IMG/VR virus record: IMGVR_UViG_3300025727_000009
Span: 51,552 to 71,551 of that record
DNA: 20,000 bases
From: an uncultured virus (IMG/VR IMGVR_UViG_3300025727_000009)
Taxonomy: Duplodnaviria; Heunggongvirae; Uroviricota; Caudoviricetes
Reading direction: 5' to 3' (one strand)
The position numbers were made by a program, and so were the translations under genes. Below are positions 15,701 to 20,000 of this stretch, piece after piece (positions within the stretch are counted from its first letter, which is position 1; each line of letters opens with the position of its first letter). The notes beneath the pieces are model-generated. The model worked only from the letters and a program-made list of their open reading frames with translations, had not been told where the DNA came from and ran no database searches.

Positions 15701-18029
15701 CCCAGCCAATGAAGACCGCCTGCCCCTTGGTCGCCACGATGGGCAGATAGCTGACCACCTCGTCGCCCGTCGTCGGGTCAACCACGAGGACCTCGACGTA
15801 GTCACCCGTGGTAAGCCCGAGCGCCGCAACGTCGAAGTCAGTGCTCAGCGTCAGATACGGCGTAGCTCGCGCGAGGACCTTGCTGGGCGGGCGAAGGTGG
15901 TCCCACCAGAGCCTAACGCCCGTGATGGTCTGCTCCGACTCAGCGCCACCGAGGGCCAGCTTCCCCGGGCTGACCTGGGCAGACAGCGTCAGCACGGTCC
16001 CGTCCCGTCGTGCTTCCTCGTCGTAGACCCGAATGAGGTCGGAAGCCAGCACCGGGTCGAGATACGCCTTGTCCTCCAGGTGGAGCGTTGTGTCAGCCGC
16101 TCCCGCAGCGTCGTCAACCCACGCACCAGCAAAGCGCTCTGAGATGAGCTTGTATGCCGGGAAGGCGTCCTCCGCCGCGTAGAGGCGCCAGCCGGTCGTC
16201 TCTTCCAGCACCTGGATGACCTGCACGACCTCAGCCGGGAGGCCGTCCGCCAAGACGAGCATCAGGCCGGTGCCGATGGTAGGCGTCCCCTGGCCTGTAG
16301 TGATCGCGGACCCCGCCTTCGTACCGGACGTCAGACTCCCGACAGTCAGGTCCCATGAGCCCAGCAGGCTCGGCGTCACCAGCTCAGTAGTCACCCCCGT
16401 AGGCAGCTCCGTGTAGAGCGGGTAATGCGTCCACCGACGCTGGTAGCGCCTGCCCACGTCACGGATGGACCGAGCGAAACCGTGCTGCCACGTACTGAGC
16501 AGCTCAGCCGAGACCACCTGGGTCATCGCCGACCACAGCGAAGACAGGACTTCGCGGTCGTTCACGAGGTCCCAGAAGTCCGGGAGGTACTGCCAGATGT
16601 ACCGAGAGTCGGGACGCAGCCCGAGCAGCTGGTCCGTCTCCTGCACGACAACGGTGTGCGTGTCTGCGAGGCTCCTGCCCACCCCGTTGCTGACCCGCAG
16701 GCGCAGGCCGTAGATGCCAGCGAGGTCTGGCAGCAGGATGGGGTTCATCAGTACCGACGCCGCGCCGCCACTGAAGAGCGTTGTCCCGGTAGGGACCACC
16801 CCAAGATTGGTGGCGTTCGGGTCCACGATGTCACCGCGGAACATCTCGGCAGCGGCTTCGACGTACCCCGCCGCACCGACACGACTGAAGGCATCGACCA
16901 AGTCTTGTGGCGTCGTAATGGCATCGCCGCTCCCGTCCGATGCCAGGGCGACACGCAGCTCCTTCGCTGCCAAGTCCAACACGACTGCCAGAAGGCTGCC
17001 TGCCGAGCCGGTGGAGATAATAAGCTTCCAGCTGTTCCCGGTCGTGTGCTCAGAACGGAAGGCCAGCTGAACTTGGTTATCCGCCGCCTCTGTCCCGAGC
17101 GCCACCTTCGATGCGATTCCGCCTGAGAGGCGCGCAACACTCTCCGCCGGGCGAGAGGTGATATCCCACTCGAACGTGAGTGCACGGCCCTTGACGTCTG
17201 ACGAGCTGCGCCCGAACAGCTCAACGGTGGAGCCGACGAGGTCCTGGTACTCCCCGTCGATGACCGCGATAGGGCGGTCTTCCGGCACAACCAACGACGA
17301 CGCCAGACGGATGGCCGAGACGCTGAAGGCGGTATTAGTCGCTAATACATTCTCCCCCGACCGGGCCAAGGCCGCGAGGATGATGGAGTCTCCATACGCA
17401 GGGGGCGCCTGCGGGGCGTCCAGGTGGTACCGCAGCTCGTTGTTGGCCGCGTCCGCCCAGGCCCCACCAGCGTCGGCGTCGTAGGCCACCGCAGTGTCAT
17501 CGATGTAAATCGAGACCAGCCCGGTCTCCCCATTGAGCAGCATCCGTACGGTGATGCTGGCCTTGGGCTTGCCCTCCGCATCGAAGATGAGCGCCGCAGA
17601 GCCACCCAGCAGGGAGGGCCGCGGGTCAGCGGGGTCGGTCGCAAGTGCGAGGCCCTGCCGGGAGAACAGCAGCCCCGCAGAGTAGCCCTGCGCGTTGGCC
17701 GCGCCGACGAAGAGCCGGGAGCCCGTGTCCTCGAACAAGAGCGGCATGCTCTCGGACAGGTGGACATCGAACTCGATTGTGAAGACCGAAGGAACCACGA
17801 CCGAGTTGAGGACCGCCAGGGCCGCTGCGATATCGTCCGCTGCGCGGCCCTCAGCAACCGCCTTCAGCTGCAGCCCGCTGCTAACGAGGCTGACCCCCGG
17901 GCTCACGTCAAAGCTGCTGAGAACCCCATCGGTGGCGTCCGCAACGCTCCGGTCGCCAGCGTCAGTGGTGCTGGCGTAGCGGCTGTTCCAGTCCGCGAGA
18001 TTGAACTTAACCGATGTCGGAGTCGCCAC
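12735..18029 (-). CDS. Large baseplate wedge-like virion protein with a PKD/Ig-like domain, 1764 aa
   Basis: PKD-like signature (P.A.I...VG.TV.L.G..S.D..G..LTFEW...P.LAG.Y.L.L.VSNG), W.YLPDFW, and an FL...KPEHT motif resembling the KPAH motif of baseplate wedge proteins. Confidence 0.7.
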   Translation of the reverse strand: MATPTSVKFNLADWNSRYASTTDAGDRSVADATDGVLSSFDVSPGVSLVSSGLQLKAVAEGRAADDIAAALAVLNSVVVPSVFTIEFDVHLSESMPLLFEDTGSRLFVGAANAQGYSAGLLFSRQGLALATDPADPRPSLLGGSAALIFDAEGKPKASITVRMLLNGETGLVSIYIDDTAVAYDADAGGAWADAANNELRYHLDAPQAPPAYGDSIILAALARSGENVLATNTAFSVSAIRLASSLVVPEDRPIAVIDGEYQDLVGSTVELFGRSSSDVKGRALTFEWDITSRPAESVARLSGGIASKVALGTEAADNQVQLAFRSEHTTGNSWKLIISTGSAGSLLAVVLDLAAKELRVALASDGSGDAITTPQDLVDAFSRVGAAGYVEAAAEMFRGDIVDPNATNLGVVPTGTTLFSGGAASVLMNPILLPDLAGIYGLRLRVSNGVGRSLADTHTVVVQETDQLLGLRPDSRYIWQYLPDFWDLVNDREVLSSLWSAMTQVVSAELLSTWQHGFARSIRDVGRRYQRRWTHYPLYTELPTGVTTELVTPSLLGSWDLTVGSLTSGTKAGSAITTGQGTPTIGTGLMLVLADGLPAEVVQVIQVLEETTGWRLYAAEDAFPAYKLISERFAGAWVDDAAGAADTTLHLEDKAYLDPVLASDLIRVYDEEARRDGTVLTLSAQVSPGKLALGGAESEQTITGVRLWWDHLRPPSKVLARATPYLTLSTDFDVAALGLTTGDYVEVLVVDPTTGDEVVSYLPIVATKGQAVFIGWEPLFDAMNVVSELTGADRETVGLEQLSVMTLSVMGFYRERLTAAVDDLVAIPVLGGNPNSQELTERLDFRVKDGQVAITPLWEGKATATADSADVVFDQFLRLHSEAVEATFTELAALGGVALVLNDGDAGTYRILSQSGRTVTVERPLNISGEVTARICPWSALRPGPKRLWAELAYFDNWQTVENNFGLMVGLPHEVWQEASRGQVDYLSVVRGMMFAFASGPTLGNTQLATQAMFGLPYSEVTGQIVVWEEPLSATDLGRIVIATPDDDLLTYTYPFSANVRALNPRTSRPFQAIDRGSSVGFLDGELQASFEVWAERNRESIPTEELTLAAFTPLYEAWRDSQLDPYVVLLDVVRVDDYITNPGLMTTLLPGQDIIRQYHTFVVRVPLDIAGTTEPFAVLQSFLDEAKPEHTNVLLLGALDFADEISVVDNPTYHPTMRLADTLHTAPFSYRADDGADRTKLWPGLETLGRADGTGGAWTDADVEDKYESGYAEGVVSSYSGDGSWNEHQGVVHMVSQVEPDLDVCMSKLWVPIQRTTTGDQVSLEFQVGEAIELWDVGLTAELDTPWAESPPVVEYIGAGVHPKLPFGVFNPQTEHPFTYLILGFENSNTADYSNYGAEERLYALWNFRATIGSLKGATSGALAVTMADHDPADAANDKFYHREHILSVGKLQRFAPADVLSLSNMVYIPLGGMLIEDLETEPVSLEDRPQFAASGVLDNQVQQYPYDAAFEVTNPDEQLVPSFGPGFFTDWNGLDKGVAKVRWGYTDEGVMLGDPVALADFTRVAGVEQLDLENVHIGICVRAIKGWHKTHGFLEFCIPPPDIQYVTVDYGTNVLRVEGSFFVADDDTRGTVPTANPDSFDGIKGGCWVFLRHRESQVETPVVAYTFETGNNAGKVVLGYDGNDQTSTGHILEFTAPAGLADGYYDVIVRNYRPYRMALTDPPAPVHMDEAVAAAAYVVGLSPPGEAGLGGGILGEDPFGGE
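17333..17347. repeat. Palindromic motif, copy 5 (intragenic, 1 mismatch)
   Basis: TATTAGTCGCTAATA, flanked by G/C that extend the palindrome; read as GTA TTA GCG ACT AAT ACC (VLATNT). Confidence 0.85.
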
Positions 18030-18041
18030 GCGTGCCTCTTC

Positions 18042-20000
18042 TTAGGACTTGGTGACCTTCACTCCGGTCACGTCACCCATGATATGGAACTGGTTGCCGA
18101 GGTCCAGCTTGCTGAGTGAAGACCGCAGCTTCACCCGCCTGCTCGCGTCGTGCGCCAGCACCGCCACCTCCTGAGGAAGGTCCAGGCTGGTCACGCTCAT
18201 TGCGCTGACTGTCTTCACGATGTCGTACGTCTCAATCGCCCTGTTCGGGTACTTGGACGCCAGGAAGGACCCCACAGCCTGCTTGACGGCCGCCGTAGTG
18301 GGTGTGCCCCGGTACGAGATACTGAACGCCGGGTAGGCGGGGAAGAAGTGCCGCGCGAGCGGGTTGTGGCATTGCACCCGAATCGCAGGCAGCAGCAGGA
18401 ACGTCTGCATCGCGTCGATGCCGGGCGCACGCTCGTAGGCGACAGTCATCCCTGCCCCAACCACCGCGTACGCGCTCATCATGCCGGTGCTGAACTCGTC
18501 CAGCACGACCGGCGTACAGCGGAGGCCGACCTTCTCGCCCATCGAGTAGCTGTAGTTGGTGTTTCCCACCACCAGCTCGTAGCCCAGCGACCTGTACCCG
18601 GTCGCCTCCATCTGGGTGCCGCCGGCCACGACCTCCGCCTCCAGCGGGTCCATTGAGGTGAGCTTCATCTCCCCCGCGAACAGCCCCACGCTGTCCTCGG
18701 TGAGCCCGGCTGGGTAGAGCCGCTGCGAGCCCACGCGGACGATGTCCACGAAGACGCCGTTGGCATTGGTACGCAGCTCGGAGACAGGGGTCCCGCTAGG
18801 CTTCTCCAAGGTCAACCGCGTGACCTGGGTTGCGTCAGCGAAAGCGATAGACGTCACATAGAACGTGCCGAAGGACCCCCCGGCGGCGTTCTCACGGCTA
18901 TCCCGGTCGGCCGCGTTCGGGAACCCCAGCTCACTGAGAATTCCTGTAGACCCGACGTCGACCAACTGGACGTGGTGCCGAGACGCGAGAAGCAGCTCTC
19001 CTCCCGAGACAGACGCACGGAGGACATCTCCAGCCTGCCGGTTGAAGTCCGCAGCGATGGCGCTTGGCGTGAGCGCGTCTGTCCCCGTGAACCGCACCGC
19101 GCGAGAAACGTCGTTCACCGTGAAAGCTACGAGCTTACCCTGCACCTCTTCCGTCGCACCCAGGCCGGAGGACTCAAGCACCTCCGAGAGCACATCGACC
19201 CGGTCCCCGACAGCGACCCCTGTCGCGAAGGGGTTGACGACCGCGTTGAACTCCACAATCGCGCCACCGCCGTCAGCGGGAATGTTCGCGTACGTGAGCC
19301 CAACCGGGCTCTCGTACAGCTTGGTCGACTCCGCGGGCGACGGTCGGAACTTGCGCGAAACTCCAGCACTATCCAGGGCGGTGAAGACCGTGGCCTGCGT
19401 CGCCTCGAACATGGTGCGCTGCATGAACCGCGCAGAGACCGTCCCGACAGAGGGGTGTCCCAGCGTGAAGCTCAGCGTGGTCAGCGTGGTCGAGGTGACG
19501 ACGCGGTCGAGAAGAAGCGACGTCGTGTCAGTCGCACCGGTCTCGTCCTGGTTGACCCCAACGACGTACCAGTACTGAAGGTCCGCGTCGACCGAATCGA
19601 TGCGGAGCACGTCGTACTTGAGGACCCCGAGGTTCTCCCAGTTCGTAACGCCCACCGCTACAAAGGTCGCCGGCAACGTGCCGTCACACGTCAGCGTGCC
19701 GTCCCCCGTGGACTCGTCCGTGTGTGGGTCATCATTGAGCCCCGCGAACGCACCAGCCTTCAGCTCGACCGGGTGCCGGTACGGAATGGGCACGCCCTCG
19801 TTCTCGCCCGCGAGCGACACCGACTTCACCCGGACCAGGGGGAGCTGCACCAGCGTGTTCTGGAGAGCGAGGACCTGATAGCCAATGGCAGTCTCGGTCG
19901 TGGGGAACGGGGTCCGCACGCCCAGCGTCGTGGCGCCCTTGGACGTGACCTCGTACTCCCCGGCATTCGGCCCCGTGGTGACCTTGATGACCATCCCGCG
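18042..20000 (-). CDS. C-terminal part of a large virion structural protein (baseplate-associated), truncated by the window edge
   Basis: Open to the window end, at least 650 aa, beta-rich composition, stop 12 nt upstream of the next structural gene. Confidence 0.7.
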   Translation of the reverse strand, partial: RGMVIKVTTGPNAGEYEVTSKGATTLGVRTPFPTTETAIGYQVLALQNTLVQLPLVRVKSVSLAGENEGVPIPYRHPVELKAGAFAGLNDDPHTDESTGDGTLTCDGTLPATFVAVGVTNWENLGVLKYDVLRIDSVDADLQYWYVVGVNQDETGATDTTSLLLDRVVTSTTLTTLSFTLGHPSVGTVSARFMQRTMFEATQATVFTALDSAGVSRKFRPSPAESTKLYESPVGLTYANIPADGGGAIVEFNAVVNPFATGVAVGDRVDVLSEVLESSGLGATEEVQGKLVAFTVNDVSRAVRFTGTDALTPSAIAADFNRQAGDVLRASVSGGELLLASRHHVQLVDVGSTGILSELGFPNAADRDSRENAAGGSFGTFYVTSIAFADATQVTRLTLEKPSGTPVSELRTNANGVFVDIVRVGSQRLYPAGLTEDSVGLFAGEMKLTSMDPLEAEVVAGGTQMEATGYRSLGYELVVGNTNYSYSMGEKVGLRCTPVVLDEFSTGMMSAYAVVGAGMTVAYERAPGIDAMQTFLLLPAIRVQCHNPLARHFFPAYPAFSISYRGTPTTAAVKQAVGSFLASKYPNRAIETYDIVKTVSAMSVTSLDLPQEVAVLAHDASRRVKLRSSLSKLDLGNQFHIMGDVTGVKVTKS

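Noticed and set aside
3994..19878. Numerous long + strand ORFs and alternate-frame - strand ORFs over the structural operon
   Set aside because: Antisense or frame shadows expected in high-GC coding DNA; they fully overlap well-supported genes.

Overview
A GC-rich segment of a large tailed (myovirus-like) phage genome with two convergent halves. Left (1-3811, + strand): an accessory block of short promoter-gene-terminator cassettes. It contains a 5'-truncated acidic protein, a Tad1-family anti-Thoeris sponge, a ~850-nt highly structured non-coding RNA that looks like GOLLD, several small proteins (two hydrophobic ~37-aa peptides are missing from the ORF track) and a pilin-like membrane protein with structured UTRs. 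Right (3840-20000, - strand): a virion/lysis operon with two baseplate-like proteins, a Gly-rich basic protein, a tail fibre with 3x37-aa repeats, an M15 peptidase endolysin, an HNH endonuclease, a tail-collar-like protein and a beta-helix tailspike. The most striking unexplained signal is an AT-rich palindrome, TATTAGC-N-GCTAATA, present five times. Two copies lie inside structural genes, where they coincide with AT-rich codons atypical for these genes. All family assignments are from motif recognition; no database search was run.
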